Origin: Thermoanaerobaculia bacterium
GTDB taxonomy: Bacteria > Acidobacteriota > Thermoanaerobaculia > UBA5066
Reading direction: 5' to 3'
Assembly (NCBI GenBank): GCA_963719225.1
Contig: CAVRAY010000001.1
Coordinates: 2,304,001-2,368,000 of the forward strand
DNA length: 64,000 nucleotides
Shown: in pieces, positions 1-11,431 of the stretch
Layout: each line of letters starts with the position of its first letter
Numbering within the stretch: position 1 is the stretch's first letter
Program-made: the position numbers and the translations under genes
Notes under the pieces: generated by a model
What the model was told of the DNA's origin: nothing
Database searches by the model: none
What the model saw: the letters and a program-made list of their open reading frames with translations, nothing else

Positions 1-161
1 CGGCGCTCTTCACCTTCTAAGAAATCTTCCGGCAGCACTTTGACTGCGACGTCCCTCGCCAACCTCAGGTCCCTCCCTCGGTAGACCTCTCCCATCCCTC
101 CCGCCCCGAGCGGCGAAACGATTTCGTACGCTCCCAGTTTCATTCCGGCGGCGAGCGTCAT
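1..161 (-). CDS. Ser/Thr protein kinase, 5' end only (runs off the window start)
   Basis: Manual translation from ATG at 161: [53 protein letters not shown] (Gly loop, VAVK). ATGA overlap with the stop of the upstream kinase at 158-160. Confidence 0.9.
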   Translation of the reverse strand, partial: MTLAAGMKLGAYEIVSPLGAGGMGEVYRGRDLRLARDVAVKVLPEDFLEGEER

Positions 162-2753
162 CGCGCTCCCTCCACGAGGAACAGGTGGGAGATGGTCCTC
201 GAGAAGACGTATGCGTAGCTCTTCTCGTCACTTGCGAGAAACGGAGAGCCGATGGAATTCACGCCGCTCAGGTCCGGCGGTCCGAGCGTCCGCACAGCGT
301 CACGCTTGCCGGATGAGAGAGACGCGCTCGATGCGCAGGGGAACGTCACTCTCCCGGCAGACGAGAAGCGAGCCTCCGTCCGGACTCCAGCGGATCGCCG
401 CCTCGTCCGGAGTCGTGTCCGGCACCGGCCGCCCGTCGCCTCCTCCAACCGGATAGACCGCGAGTCCGCCACCACTCGCGCCAACCACGATCTGGCGCGC
501 GTCCGGCGAGAGGATCCCTCGTGTCGTGCCTTCCGGCGTGATCGCCCGCGGCTTGCCGGCGCCGATCTCCTGAACATAGCACCGCGACGCATGCCCCGGC
601 TCGTGGCCGCAGACGAGCGCCGACCGGCCGTCGGGGAAGAACCTGGCTGACTCGTAGCTCTCGATCCCGCCGCGATCTAGGCGGCGCGGCTCCCCGGCGC
701 CGGTCGGATAGAGCACGAGCTGCTGCGGCGACGTGGGCACGACCGCCAGCGCCCATTTTCCGTCGGGGGACAGGTCCGTAGGCATCCCCTCGCCCAGCCG
801 CACGACGGGCGAGCCGTCGGTGCGGCGCAGACAAACTGCGTAGTTGGCACCGAGGCTGCCGCTGTATTCGACGAAGACGATCGTCTTTCCGTCGGCCGAG
901 AGCATGGGACGGTCTGAGAGGTCGAGCCACGAGAGGTCTCGCTCAGCGGTCTGGCCGGGCAGGACGACGGGCATGCCCTGGAAGAAGTCATCGCGTGTGG
1001 CGAGCCACCGCCCGTCAGAGCGCACGTCGCGGATCGTCAGGCCTCCCGCGCTCTCGAGCGCGGTCCTCCGGCGTCCGGAGAGCGTCACGGCGATGACCTT
1101 GAACGAGCTGAGGGTGCCGCCTGCCGAGAAGAGGACCTCCTGCCCGCCGGGCGACCACGCGAGGCCCTCCTCGCCCCAGAACCCGTCGGCAAGGACGGTC
1201 TTCTTGCCCTGGAGATCCACGACGGCGACGAGACCCCGGTCGTCCCACCGGACCGGATGCTCGAAGAACGCGATCCGGTCGCCCTTCGGCGAAAAGCGAA
1301 GGTCGCTGAAGTAACCGCCCGTCTCGCACAGAACCGTTCCCGTGGGGAACTCGAGGCGGTCCTTTCCGGCGACCTCGCGGATCAGGGCGAGGCTCGCGCC
1401 GTCGGGAGACCAATCCGCCTCGCGGACGTTCTCGAGAACGTCTCGCGGCGCCCCTCCTTCGAGCGGCATCTGTGCCAATGTGCCCTGGTAAATGTTGTGA
1501 TTGATGTAACGCGCACCCGTCAGCAGCGCGAGGTCGCCCCGCGAAGAGACGGAGAGGAGGTGCACGCCCCGCAGACCCAAGGGCCGGGGCTCGGGGAACT
1601 CCGGGCGCACGGTGAAGATCTCTGGCGTGTTGCCCTGCAGGGCCGCGCTGTAGATGATCGTCCGGCCGTCGGCAGCGAAGCGCGCGTTGAAGATCGCCTG
1701 CTGGCGGTACGTCAACTGGCTGAAAGAGGCGCCGCCCTGCCGGGAAGCGTTCTCCGCCCGCCGCCCGACGAAATAGGCCGCCACCCCGGTCCCGGCGAGG
1801 AGCGCGACGATCGCCACCGGAAGCAGCCCGCGTTTGGGCCTCGCGGAAAACGCCTGCGCGGGCGGGACGCTCGACGCCGAAACACCGGACAGCGCTTCCA
1901 GCGCGAACGCGACGTCGTGCGCCGAGTGAAACCGCTGTTCCGGGTTCTTCTCGATGCAGTGCCGGACGATGCGGTCGAGTCCGGGCGAGATGCTCTGGTT
2001 CGTGACGGAGAGCTCGGGCGGGTCTTCCCTCAGGATCGCCGACATCGTCTCGGCCGCCGAGTCGCCGTGGAACGCCCTCTTCCCCGAGAGCATCTCGTAC
2101 AGGATGGCTCCGAACGAGAAGATGTCCGACCGCGCGTCGGCCGGCTTGCCTTTGACCTGCTCGGGCGACATGTACCCGAGCGTGCCCATCACGACTCCGG
2201 GCTCTGTGCCCGCTGACGCCGTCGGGAGGTTCGTCGCCTGGCGGCCCTCTTCCGGGTGGGTTAGCTTGGCGAGACCGAAGTCGAGGATCTTGAGGCGGCC
2301 ATCCCTCGTCACGAACAGGTTCTCGGGCTTCAGATCGCGGTGCACGATCCCCTTCTCGTGTGCCGCGGCGAGGCCGTGCGAGATTTGCAATGCAAATTCG
2401 ATCGCCTTCCGTTGCGACAACTTTCCCGCCGCGAGGGCCGCGCGCAGCGTTTCGCCCTCGAGCAGCTCCATGACGAGGATGTGGCGCGAGGGGGCACCCG
2501 AAGAAACAGGGATTTCTTCGAATGAATGAATGGCGGCGATGTTCGGATGGTTCAGCGAGGCCAGCAGCTTCGCTTCACGCTCGAATCGCTGCCTTTTCTC
2601 TTCCCCTTCAAAGAATTCTTCCGGGAGGACCTTTACCGCGACGTCCCTCGCGAGCCTCGTGTCCTTCGCCCGGTACACCTCTCCCATCCCCCCCGCGCCG
2701 AGTGGCGCGAGGATCTCGTACGGGCCGAGCTTCGTGCCGGCAGTCAGCGTCAT
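158..2753 (-). CDS. Ser/Thr kinase-TM-TolB/PD40-like beta-propeller receptor; one frameshift near 315
   Basis: Starts [15 protein letters not shown] at 2753 inside ORF 300..4586. Motifs [21 protein letters not shown] and [28 protein letters not shown], then WSPDG/FSPKG repeats. The C-terminus (...[17 protein letters not shown]...HLFLVEGAR) lies in the frame of ORF 158..592. Confidence 0.9.
2536..2701. repeat. 166-bp near-identical repeat, copy 1 (kinase N-lobe)
   Basis: By manual alignment it matches 7850-8015 with 2 mismatches. Confidence 0.85.
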
Positions 2754-5461
2754 CGGCTCGACTCCTCGCTCTTCTCGAGGAGCCGGGTCCAATGAACGAG
2801 CAGGCTCAGGGGCGGCGAGCCCTGCTCGTCGGGGACAGTGTTGACGAGGAACCTCTGGTGGTCTCCCGTGGCGTCGTAGGCCGATCCGTTCAGGCTCGGA
2901 TGGATCGCAAACAGGAGCGCGGGCGGCCCGGCGTGGAATCCGGAACTCGTGCCGAGCGGCACCGCCATGAGCTTGTTGTCCGGGGTGAGGAACGTGAGCT
3001 CCTTGCCGTCGCGGCGCCAGTGCGGCTGGCTGCCTCCCGCGGTCGAGATCTGCCAGCGGCCGCCGGGGCCCGGGAACGGGCGCACGTAGACCTCGAATCG
3101 CCCGGATTCGTCCGAATCGTATGCAAGCCATCGCCCGTCGGGCGAGAAGCGGCTGTCTCCTTGAAAGTTCGCTTCCGTGGCGAACGGACGGACTTTCTTC
3201 TCTCCCGACGCATCGGCGATCCACAGCTGGTTGTTCCGCTTTCCCTGCGCCGGGACGTTGTCGAGCGAGAGGAATTTTCCGTCCGGAGACCAGTCCTCGG
3301 GAGTCCGAGCGTCGGGAGATTCGAGCAGAACTTCCTCGGCGCTTCCGTCGAAGGACTTCGTCCAAAGATCCTGCCGGTGTCCCTTCGCCTTCCGGTCGGA
3401 CCCGAACAGCAGGCGGTCGCCGCGCGGAGCCCAGACGGGCGCGAAATTGTTCCCGCTGCCGAACACGAACTTCGTGCCGGCTCCTCCGGAGACGTCGTAG
3501 AGCCAGATGTCGGTCGTATTCCGGCCGAGATCGATGAGACCGACCGCGATCCTCCGGCCGTCGGGCGAGAGACGCGGGGCGAACCAGAGACCTGGCTCGC
3601 CGACCGTTCCGGCGGGCCGGCCGTTGCGGTCGAACCAGGCGAGCTGCGACGGGATGGCGAAGGCCGGGATCGAGAGGAGGAGGTCGTTCGACACCGTGAA
3701 CTGGCCGTATCCGTACCAGCTCGAGGTATTCAGGCGCTGCGCGATGGGGACGGGCTCTCCTTGCGCCTCGAGCCGCGCGAGATCGATCTTGACGGCGAAA
3801 AGCGCTCCCTCGTGGAGATAGAGAACGCGTCCCGCCGCGAATGCGGGATTCGAGGCGATCCCCGCGACCAGGGCTTTGTCCGTTTTGCCGTCGAGAGACC
3901 CCACGCGAATCGAGTTCGCGGGATCGCCCGTGTTCCCCGACAGGTTGGCGGCCATGTAAAGGAAGTGCCGCCCGTCCGGCAGGAACACGGGGTATCGATG
4001 GGCGGTGACGTGAAGAGACGCGTCGAGCCGCGTGACCGGTTCCGGCTTGCCGCCCGACGAGGAGACGCGGAACAGGGGCGAGGTCGGCGTCGGGCCGAAG
4101 ACGATGACGCCGTCGCGGTTCCACGCTCCGCCGACGCCCCGCGCCGCTTCGCAGACGGTGAGGGCGGGACCGCCGGACGGGTCGATCTTCTTCAGCGATC
4201 CCTGGGTGAAGTAGCCGATGAACCGGCTGTCGGGCGACCAGAATGGAAAGCTGGCTTCCTCGGCGCCGGCCACCGGGTGCGCCGCGGGGGAGCCGAGGTC
4301 CCTGATCCAGAGGCCCGGTTGCGCGCCCGCTATCGACGCGGTGAACGCCAGCGTTCTCCCGTCGGGAGAGAGCGCGATCGACTCGACGAACGTCTTCTCG
4401 GGAGGCGGGATCGCGGCGAAGATCGGCGCGGGGATGCGCGGAGCACGCCGGAGGAATCCGGCCACGAAGACGACTGCAGCGGCCGCCGCGACAGCCGCGA
4501 GCGTCCATGCGAGCTTCTCGCGGTTCTTCCGCCGGGCGGCGACGGGCGCCGGGAGTCCGGCCTGCGAGCCGCCCTCGCCGACCCACTGGAGCTGGAGCTT
4601 CACGTCGTGCGCCGTCTGGAGACGGTCCTCCGGGTCCTTCGAGAGGCAGGTCGCGATCAGCCGATCGAGCGCCGGCGGCGTCATCGGCGCGATCGACGAG
4701 ACGGGTGGCGGGTTGTCCTTCAGGATCGAGCCGATGAGGCTCGCCTGGCTTTTCCCGTCGAACGCCTTCTTCCCCGTCGCCATCTCGTAGAGCACCACGC
4801 CGAAGGAGAAGATGTCGCTGCGCGCGTCGGCCTCGCCCCCCTCGAGCTGCTCGGGCGCCATGTACTGGAACGTCCCGAGGATCGTGCCCTGCTGCGTCAG
4901 GTTCTGAGGAGGGGCCATCGTGGGCAGCGACGTGGCGCCGGACGTGTGAGCGGCGGGCGCGAGGACCTTCGCGAGGCCGAAGTCCAGGAGCTTCGCGCCG
5001 CTCTTCGTCAGCATGACGTTCCCGGGCTTGAGGTCTCGGTGCACGATCCCCTGCCGGTGCGCCTTGTCGAGCGCGTCGGCGATCTGCATCCCGATCGGCA
5101 GCAGCTGGTCGAGCGCCATCGGCCCCTTCGCGAGGCGGGCCATGAGCGTCTCTCCCTCGATCAGCTCCATGACAAGGACGTGACGCGTTACCGAAGAAGA
5201 GGAAGAAGAAGAACCGGCGATTTCTTCGAATGAAAAGACCGCCGCGATGTTCGGGTGGGTCAAGCCTGCGAGCAACTTCGCTTCCCGCTCGAAACGCGCC
5301 CTGTTCTCTTCACCTTCTAAGAAATCTTCGGGGAGTACCTTGACCGCGACGTCGCGTCCGAGGCGAAGGTCTCGGGCCCGGTAGACCTCTCCCATGCCTC
5401 CCTTGCCCAGCAAGGAGACGATCTCGTACGGACCGAGCCTGGTGCCGGGCGTCAGCGTCAT
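2750..5461 (-). CDS. Ser/Thr kinase-TM-beta-propeller (PD40/TolB-like) receptor
   Basis: [15 protein letters not shown] at 5461 in ORF 2750..6616. [39 protein letters not shown], many SPDG repeats. Confidence 0.92.
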   Translation of the reverse strand: MTLTPGTRLGPYEIVSLLGKGGMGEVYRARDLRLGRDVAVKVLPEDFLEGEENRARFEREAKLLAGLTHPNIAAVFSFEEIAGSSSSSSSVTRHVLVMELIEGETLMARLAKGPMALDQLLPIGMQIADALDKAHRQGIVHRDLKPGNVMLTKSGAKLLDFGLAKVLAPAAHTSGATSLPTMAPPQNLTQQGTILGTFQYMAPEQLEGGEADARSDIFSFGVVLYEMATGKKAFDGKSQASLIGSILKDNPPPVSSIAPMTPPALDRLIATCLSKDPEDRLQTAHDVKLQLQWVGEGGSQAGLPAPVAARRKNREKLAWTLAAVAAAAAVVFVAGFLRRAPRIPAPIFAAIPPPEKTFVESIALSPDGRTLAFTASIAGAQPGLWIRDLGSPAAHPVAGAEEASFPFWSPDSRFIGYFTQGSLKKIDPSGGPALTVCEAARGVGGAWNRDGVIVFGPTPTSPLFRVSSSGGKPEPVTRLDASLHVTAHRYPVFLPDGRHFLYMAANLSGNTGDPANSIRVGSLDGKTDKALVAGIASNPAFAAGRVLYLHEGALFAVKIDLARLEAQGEPVPIAQRLNTSSWYGYGQFTVSNDLLLSIPAFAIPSQLAWFDRNGRPAGTVGEPGLWFAPRLSPDGRRIAVGLIDLGRNTTDIWLYDVSGGAGTKFVFGSGNNFAPVWAPRGDRLLFGSDRKAKGHRQDLWTKSFDGSAEEVLLESPDARTPEDWSPDGKFLSLDNVPAQGKRNNQLWIADASGEKKVRPFATEANFQGDSRFSPDGRWLAYDSDESGRFEVYVRPFPGPGGRWQISTAGGSQPHWRRDGKELTFLTPDNKLMAVPLGTSSGFHAGPPALLFAIHPSLNGSAYDATGDHQRFLVNTVPDEQGSPPLSLLVHWTRLLEKSEESSR

Positions 5462-8067
5462 CTCAGCCCTTCGATGACGTAGAGCGTGCTGCGCTGCACG
5501 ATGTATCGCGCAGCCATCTGGCGACCGGCCTCGCTGAAGCGCATCGATGTGGCCTCGACGCCCACGTAGCCGGCGGGGTTGACGACGCGCCACGTCTGGC
5601 GTTTCCCGGTCGCGGGATCGAGCTTCCAGACCTCGATCGGAAAGCTGCCGGGCCTCGAGGCGTAGAAGCGCCCGTCGGGCGTCCACTGGATCAGCCGCTC
5701 GCCGTCCTCCAGACCCACGATGCGGCGCGGCGGCGCTTGCGGATGGCCGAGATCGAAGATCCCCCATCCAGCCTTCTCGCGCGCGAGGAAGCTCCGGCCG
5801 TCGGGGCTCAGGAACGGCCACGTGTCGAGACCCGTGACGCCCTCCGGCGTGATGGGCTTCGGCGTGCTCCCGTCGAGGCTCTGAACCCAGACGCGGTCCT
5901 CTTTCTCTCCCTCCGCGCCGATGAAGATCAGGCTCTTTCCGTCCTTCTGGAAAGCGACCGACTTGATCGAGCGGATGCCGTGGGCCGGGAGCTCGCGAGG
6001 ACTGCCCGTTCCCGTCGGATAGAGGACCCAGCGCCGGCTCGGCTTCTCGACCCACGCCGCCGCGAGCGATCCGTCCGGCGAGAGAGCGCCCCAGCCGCTG
6101 CTCTTCCCGAGCGGTGTCGCGTGGCCGCCGACGGCGGGCCTGAGGAACAGGTCGGGGAGCGGACCTTCCTCCTCCTCGAAGAGGAGTGTCTTTCCGTCGG
6201 CCGAGCAGTCGAGCAGGTAACTCCACGTGCGCCACGAGAGGTCGACCGGCTGCGCCTGCCCGTCGGCCTGCGCGAGGAGCCCGCCGCGCATCTCTTCCCG
6301 GCTCATGAGGACGCGCCCGTCCGGAGAGACGTCGTGAATCGACAATCCGCCGGCCTGGCTGAAGACCCTGCGCTCTCTTCCGGAAAGGTCCACGGCGTGA
6401 AGAGCGCGGTTGAGAACGTTCGTTCCGGCCGTGAACCAGACTTCCCGCTCTTTCCAGGCGAGCCCGCGGAGAGTGTCGTGATCCTTCGACAGGATCCGAG
6501 TCTTCCCCGCGTCGACGTCGAGGACGGCGACGCGCCCCGCGTCGTCTCCGGCGGCCGGGTGGTCGACGTACGCGAGCAGCTTGCCGTCCGCCGAAAACCT
6601 CAGGTCGCCGAACCACCCCGCGGATTCCGCCCGAACTTTTCCCTGCGGGTACTCGAGAAACGACCGCCCTCCCGCCTCACGTGCGAGCGCGAACTCGCCC
6701 TTCGGCCCGCAGGCGGACTGAAGGACGCCGCCGAGGAGTGGTTTGGGAGCCAGATCCACGCCGAGAGCCGAGCGAGCCAGTGTTCCCTCGAACTGCCACG
6801 TGTCGGCGACCTTGCTCTTCAGCCGCAGGGCCACTTCACCGGCGGGCGAAAGGTCCATGAGCTGAACGTCGCCCTGGCCGAGCGGCCTCTCCTTGGGGTC
6901 GGCGACGGGGGTCGAGAAGAGCTGCCACGGCTCCCCCTGCCAGCTCGCGTCGTAGACGACGTCCTGACCGCCGGGCGCGAACCGGGCCTTGCCGATACGG
7001 CCCTGGCGAAACGAGATCTGCTGGAAGGACGGCTGAGGATGGCGTCCCACGTGCACCGCGCCGGCCAGCCATGTGGCAGTGGCCACGGCCAGCACGGCCG
7101 CGGCACCGAGGCCGATCCACCTCCAGCGCTCGCCCTTCGGCCGGCCCCTTTGCTTCCCGCCGTCGACGGAGGAGATCGTCGTAATGGCTTGAAGGTCGAA
7201 GCCGATGTCTTTCATCGACTGGAAGCGGCTCTCGGGCGACTTCTCGAGGCAGTGAAGAACGAGGCGCTCCAGCGCCGGTGGCATCTGGCCCCGCGTGACC
7301 ACGAGCGCCGCCGGATCGTCGTGAAGGATGGCGTTCAGTGTCTCGACGCCCGACTTTCCTTCGAACGCCTTTCGCCCGCTCAGCATCTCGTACAGGACGA
7401 CCCCGAAGCTGAAGATGTCGGTCCGATGATCCGCGGGCTCGCCGCGCACCTGCTCCGGGCTCATGTAGCCGACGGTCCCCATGACGACGCCGGCCTGCGT
7501 GTGGTGGCTTCCCCCGGCCTCCGTTGGGGCGGTCGTCTGTTGGTCGCTCGGACCGGCCCACTTCGGCAGCTGCTTGGCGAGGCCGAAGTCCAGCAGCTTC
7601 ACCCGGCCGTCACGGCCCAGGAAAATGTTCTCCGGCTTCACGTCGCGGTGGACGATTCCGCGGAGGTGCGCCGCGGCGAGGCCCTCGGCCATCTGAGACG
7701 CCAGTTCGACGGCCTTCTTCGGCGCCAGCGCGCCAGCCCGAAGGCGATCGCGAAGCGACTCCCCTTCGAGCAGCTCCATGACGAGGATGTGGCGCGACGG
7801 CGAAGAGGAAGAAGGAGAGGAAGGGATTTCTTCGAATGAGTGGACGCCCGCGATGTTCGGATGGTTCAGCGAGGCCAGCAGCTTCGCTTCACGCTCGAAT
7901 CGCTGCCTTCTCTCTTCCCCTTCAAAGAATTCTTCCGGGAGGACCTTTACCGCGACGTCTCTCGCGAGCCTCGTGTCCTTCGCCCGGTACACCTCTCCCA
8001 TCCCCCCCGCGCCGATCGCGGAGAGGATTTCGTAGGGCCCCAACTTGGTGCCGGCGGCGAGCGTCAC
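5458..8067 (-). CDS. Ser/Thr kinase-TM-beta-propeller receptor
   Basis: 869-aa ORF with GTG start. HRDVKPEN, DFG, YMSPE, TM WIGLGAAAVLAVATATWLAG, SPDG/SADG repeats. Confidence 0.92.
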   Translation of the reverse strand: MTLAAGTKLGPYEILSAIGAGGMGEVYRAKDTRLARDVAVKVLPEEFFEGEERRQRFEREAKLLASLNHPNIAGVHSFEEIPSSPSSSSPSRHILVMELLEGESLRDRLRAGALAPKKAVELASQMAEGLAAAHLRGIVHRDVKPENIFLGRDGRVKLLDFGLAKQLPKWAGPSDQQTTAPTEAGGSHHTQAGVVMGTVGYMSPEQVRGEPADHRTDIFSFGVVLYEMLSGRKAFEGKSGVETLNAILHDDPAALVVTRGQMPPALERLVLHCLEKSPESRFQSMKDIGFDLQAITTISSVDGGKQRGRPKGERWRWIGLGAAAVLAVATATWLAGAVHVGRHPQPSFQQISFRQGRIGKARFAPGGQDVVYDASWQGEPWQLFSTPVADPKERPLGQGDVQLMDLSPAGEVALRLKSKVADTWQFEGTLARSALGVDLAPKPLLGGVLQSACGPKGEFALAREAGGRSFLEYPQGKVRAESAGWFGDLRFSADGKLLAYVDHPAAGDDAGRVAVLDVDAGKTRILSKDHDTLRGLAWKEREVWFTAGTNVLNRALHAVDLSGRERRVFSQAGGLSIHDVSPDGRVLMSREEMRGGLLAQADGQAQPVDLSWRTWSYLLDCSADGKTLLFEEEEGPLPDLFLRPAVGGHATPLGKSSGWGALSPDGSLAAAWVEKPSRRWVLYPTGTGSPRELPAHGIRSIKSVAFQKDGKSLIFIGAEGEKEDRVWVQSLDGSTPKPITPEGVTGLDTWPFLSPDGRSFLAREKAGWGIFDLGHPQAPPRRIVGLEDGERLIQWTPDGRFYASRPGSFPIEVWKLDPATGKRQTWRVVNPAGYVGVEATSMRFSEAGRQMAARYIVQRSTLYVIEGLR
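7850..8015. repeat. 166-bp near-identical repeat, copy 2 (kinase N-lobe)
   Basis: By manual alignment it matches 2536-2701 with 2 mismatches. Confidence 0.85.
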
Positions 8068-8666
8068 GGTTCCTCCTCGATCACGATCTCATCCCCGTCC
8101 ATCGACCTGATCCTGACGAGTGCCTCGACGGGTACGCCCAGGGATGCGACCGCATCGCGGCCACCCTCGAACGCCTTCTCGATGAGCGCGCCGACGCCGA
8201 CGATGCGCGCCCCGGCAGCGCCCGCGAGGCGGGCGAGGCCGAGGATCGTCGCGCCGGACGCGAGGAAGTCGTCCACGATGAGGACGCGCTCGGCGGCACC
8301 GAGGTACTCGGGTGAAACGATGAGCTCCACCGTGCGCCCCTTCGTGTGCGATGGCGCCAGGGTCAGGAAGACCTGGTCGGGCATCGTGATCGGCTTGCTC
8401 TTGCGGGCATAGACGACCGGGATCCCGAGGTGGAGGGCCGTGGCGACCGCGGGGGCGATGCCCGAAATCTCGGCGGTGAGCACCTTCGTCGCGCCCTCCG
8501 GCGCGAAGCGCCGGGCCAGCTCCTTCCCGCAGGTGTCCATGAGACGGGGATCCACCTGGTGGTTGATAAAGCCGTCCACCTTCAGGATCCCGCCACCGAG
8601 GTTGCAGCCGTCGCGCCGGATCCGGTCTGCGAGGAGCGCGTGCGCGCCCGTGGCGATCGGACTCAT
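8064..8666 (-). CDS. xpt: xanthine phosphoribosyltransferase
   Basis: ATG at 8666. ILKVDGFINHQVDP, TAEISGIAPA and the PRPP loop VLIVDDFLASG are typical of the Bacillus-type Xpt family. Confidence 0.88.
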   Translation of the reverse strand: MSPIATGAHALLADRIRRDGCNLGGGILKVDGFINHQVDPRLMDTCGKELARRFAPEGATKVLTAEISGIAPAVATALHLGIPVVYARKSKPITMPDQVFLTLAPSHTKGRTVELIVSPEYLGAAERVLIVDDFLASGATILGLARLAGAAGARIVGVGALIEKAFEGGRDAVASLGVPVEALVRIRSMDGDEIVIEEEP

Positions 8667-11431
8667 TTCCTGCCGCTCCGCTCCGCCGGCCAGTTCACGA
8701 CGAGGTCGAGCAGGGCATTGGGCTTCTGGCCCTCGCCGACGACGAGGAGGCGCTCGTGGTCGGCCGTCGGGGAGAAGCCCGGCGCCGCCGGGCTCGGGCC
8801 GGGGGCGCGCATGAGGGGCCGGCTCGCACCGACCTCGAGGCTCTCCCCCCGCGACTCGACGCTCACCGCCCGGACGATTCCGGACGTGTCGTGATACAGG
8901 ATTTCCTTGCCGTCGGCGCTCCAGAACGCGTACGCGCCCCCTTCGGTCGAGATCTGCCACTTCCGGCCGGCGCGCGGGAAGGAAGTGGCGTACACCTCCC
9001 AGCGGCCGGACTCGTCGGAGCTGTAGGGTAGCCACTTCCCGTCGGGCGAAAGCGGCGAGGCGACGAGGCTCGCTTTCGACTTGAGGACGACCTCCTGCGC
9101 GTGCGTGGCGTCGAGCGCGAGCGTCCGGATTTCCGCGCCCGGCGCATCGCCCCACTGGACGAACACGATCTTGCCTCCGTCCGGCGTCCAGGCCGACGCC
9201 TCCTTGTCGATGTCCGAGACGAGAAGGGGCTCCTCGTCTCCGGTGCCGTCGAGCGACTTGCGAAAGAGGTCCTCGTGGCCCTTTCGGACCGAGGAAAAGA
9301 CGATGGACCGCCCGTCCGGGGACCAGAGCGGCGACCGGTCGTTCGCGGGGTCGAACGTGAAGCGCGTCCTCACGCCGCGCGCCACGTCCACGATCCAGAT
9401 GTCGTAGGTGGACGTCGCGGCATCGAGGGCCGTCACGGCCGCGAGCTTGCCGTCGGGCGAAAGCACGGCGCCCTGATACTCGCCGGCCTCGCCAACGTAC
9501 TCGGCCGCCTTGCCATCGCGGGTGAACCACCGGAGCCGCGACGCGAGGTCCCCGCGCGCTCCCTGCGTCACGAGAACGCCGTTCTGCGACGCCGAGAAGC
9601 AGGCGATCGCCGTCTGGACCGACGGCATCACGATGCGGTCCACGAGAGGAGACGCCTCGCCCGTGAAAGTTCCATTCGCGTCGATCGGGCGCGCCATCAG
9701 CGTCGCGTCGCGCAGGTAGAGGAGATGGCCCGAGGCGAACTGGGGTGCGGCCGGAGAGCGCAGGAGGACCTTCTCGGCCCCCCCGTCGAGAGACGCGAGG
9801 ACGATCGGGAACCCTTCCGCGGCGGACGCCGCCGAGCGCGCAACGTAGAGGAACCGCTTCCCGTCGGGCAGGAACCGCGGGTGGCGGTGTGAGTTGTCGC
9901 CGCGCTTGAAGTCGATCTTCGTGACTTCGACCGAGTCCCCACCCTTTTCGGAGACCTTGAAGATCGATGTGTTCGCCGAGGGCGCGAAGAGGACGACGCC
10001 CACGGGGCTCCAGGCGCCACCCTTTCCTTCGGGCGCCGGGCAGAGCGTCAGCACCGACCCGTCCGCGACGCCGATCGTCTTCAGCTTCCCGGGCACGAAA
10101 AAGCCCAACGAGCGGCTGTCAGGCGACCAGAACGGGTACTGCGCGCCCTCGGTGTTCGGAAGCACCCGCGCTTCGGCGGCGTCCAGCGGGCGGACGTAGA
10201 GGTTCACCTTCCCGACGCCGTCCGCCGCCGAGAACGCGACGGATTTCCCGTCCGGCGAGACGATGGCCGGGCCAGGGGTGTTGGACTCGAGCCAGAAGCT
10301 CGTGCCCTCCGGAGGCGAGATTCGCGCGCGAACGACCGGCGCCCCCGGGGCGCGAGCGCGCAGCGCGAGTGCCCCAGCCGCGGCCGCGAACGCGGCCGCA
10401 ATCGCCCAGGGGAGAAAGAGGGAGAAAGACTTTTTGTTCCCTCGCTCCAGTCTCGTCCGTTCTGTGCTTGCTACAGCGGGGCTGGGCAACGCGGTCTTTT
10501 CTTCGAAGGGTAATGAGGAAGACGAGGTCGCCGCGCCGGCTGCGCTCAATTCCTCGAGGTCCAGCCTCGCATCGGCGATGTCGTGGAGGCGCTGCTTCGC
10601 GTCCCGCCTCAGGCACTTTCTGAGAATCTCCTTGACCTTCTCCGGTGTTCCCACCGGCAGCGCCTCCCAGTCCGGCTCACCTCTCAGGATCGCCGCGAGC
10701 GTGTCGGAGACGGTCTCGCCTTCGAAAGCGCGCTTGCCCGCGAGCATCTCGTAGAGAACGCAACCGAACGCCCAGACGTCCGTCCGCTTGTCGACCGTCT
10801 TTCCCCGCGCCTGCTCGGGGCTCATGTACGCCGCCGTCCCGAGGATCACGCCCGCCGCCGTCGCGCGCGCCGTCAGCGTCGGCGAATGCGTGACGCCCGC
10901 ACCCGACCCCGCGACCGAATCCCCCTCGAACATCTTCGCGAGGCCGAAGTCCAGGAGCTTCACGCGGCCCTCGGGCGTGACCTTCACGTTCGCGGGTTTC
11001 AGGTCCCGATGCACGATCGCCTTCTCGTGCGCGGACTCCAGCGCCTCGGCGATCTGACGGGCATATGAAAGAGATTCTTCGAGGGAAAGAGGGCCCGACG
11101 CGAGGCGCATTGCGAGGTCTTCTCCCTCGACCAGCTCCATCACGAGGAGATGCCGGGTCGACGGAGAGGAAGAGGAGGAAGAAGAGGGGATTTCTTCGAA
11201 TGCGTAAAGAACGGCGATTCCGGGATGATTCAGGCTCGCGAGCATCCGAGCTTCGCGCTCGAACCTCTGCCGCCTCTCTTCACCTTCGAAGAATTCTTCC
11301 GGCAAGACCTTCAGTGCCACCGCCCGATCGATGCGAACGTCCTTCGCCCGATAGACCTCTCCCATCCCTCCCGCGCCCAAGGGGTCGGTGATCTCGTAAG
11401 AGCCGAGCCTCGTCCCCGTCGCGAACGTCAC
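8663..11431 (-). CDS. Ser/Thr kinase-TM-beta-propeller receptor
   Basis: GTG at 11431 (VTFATGTRLGSYEI). HRDLKPAN, DFG, YMSPE, TM LPWAIAAAFAAAAGALAL, SPDG repeats. Confidence 0.92.
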   Translation of the reverse strand: MTFATGTRLGSYEITDPLGAGGMGEVYRAKDVRIDRAVALKVLPEEFFEGEERRQRFEREARMLASLNHPGIAVLYAFEEIPSSSSSSSPSTRHLLVMELVEGEDLAMRLASGPLSLEESLSYARQIAEALESAHEKAIVHRDLKPANVKVTPEGRVKLLDFGLAKMFEGDSVAGSGAGVTHSPTLTARATAAGVILGTAAYMSPEQARGKTVDKRTDVWAFGCVLYEMLAGKRAFEGETVSDTLAAILRGEPDWEALPVGTPEKVKEILRKCLRRDAKQRLHDIADARLDLEELSAAGAATSSSSLPFEEKTALPSPAVASTERTRLERGNKKSFSLFLPWAIAAAFAAAAGALALRARAPGAPVVRARISPPEGTSFWLESNTPGPAIVSPDGKSVAFSAADGVGKVNLYVRPLDAAEARVLPNTEGAQYPFWSPDSRSLGFFVPGKLKTIGVADGSVLTLCPAPEGKGGAWSPVGVVLFAPSANTSIFKVSEKGGDSVEVTKIDFKRGDNSHRHPRFLPDGKRFLYVARSAASAAEGFPIVLASLDGGAEKVLLRSPAAPQFASGHLLYLRDATLMARPIDANGTFTGEASPLVDRIVMPSVQTAIACFSASQNGVLVTQGARGDLASRLRWFTRDGKAAEYVGEAGEYQGAVLSPDGKLAAVTALDAATSTYDIWIVDVARGVRTRFTFDPANDRSPLWSPDGRSIVFSSVRKGHEDLFRKSLDGTGDEEPLLVSDIDKEASAWTPDGGKIVFVQWGDAPGAEIRTLALDATHAQEVVLKSKASLVASPLSPDGKWLPYSSDESGRWEVYATSFPRAGRKWQISTEGGAYAFWSADGKEILYHDTSGIVRAVSVESRGESLEVGASRPLMRAPGPSPAAPGFSPTADHERLLVVGEGQKPNALLDLVVNWPAERSGRK

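Noticed and set aside
2536-8015. Kinase repeats as a diversity-generating retroelement TR/VR pair
   Set aside because: There is no reverse transcriptase in the window, both copies are coding N-lobes, and two mismatches are too few to show an adenine-specific pattern.
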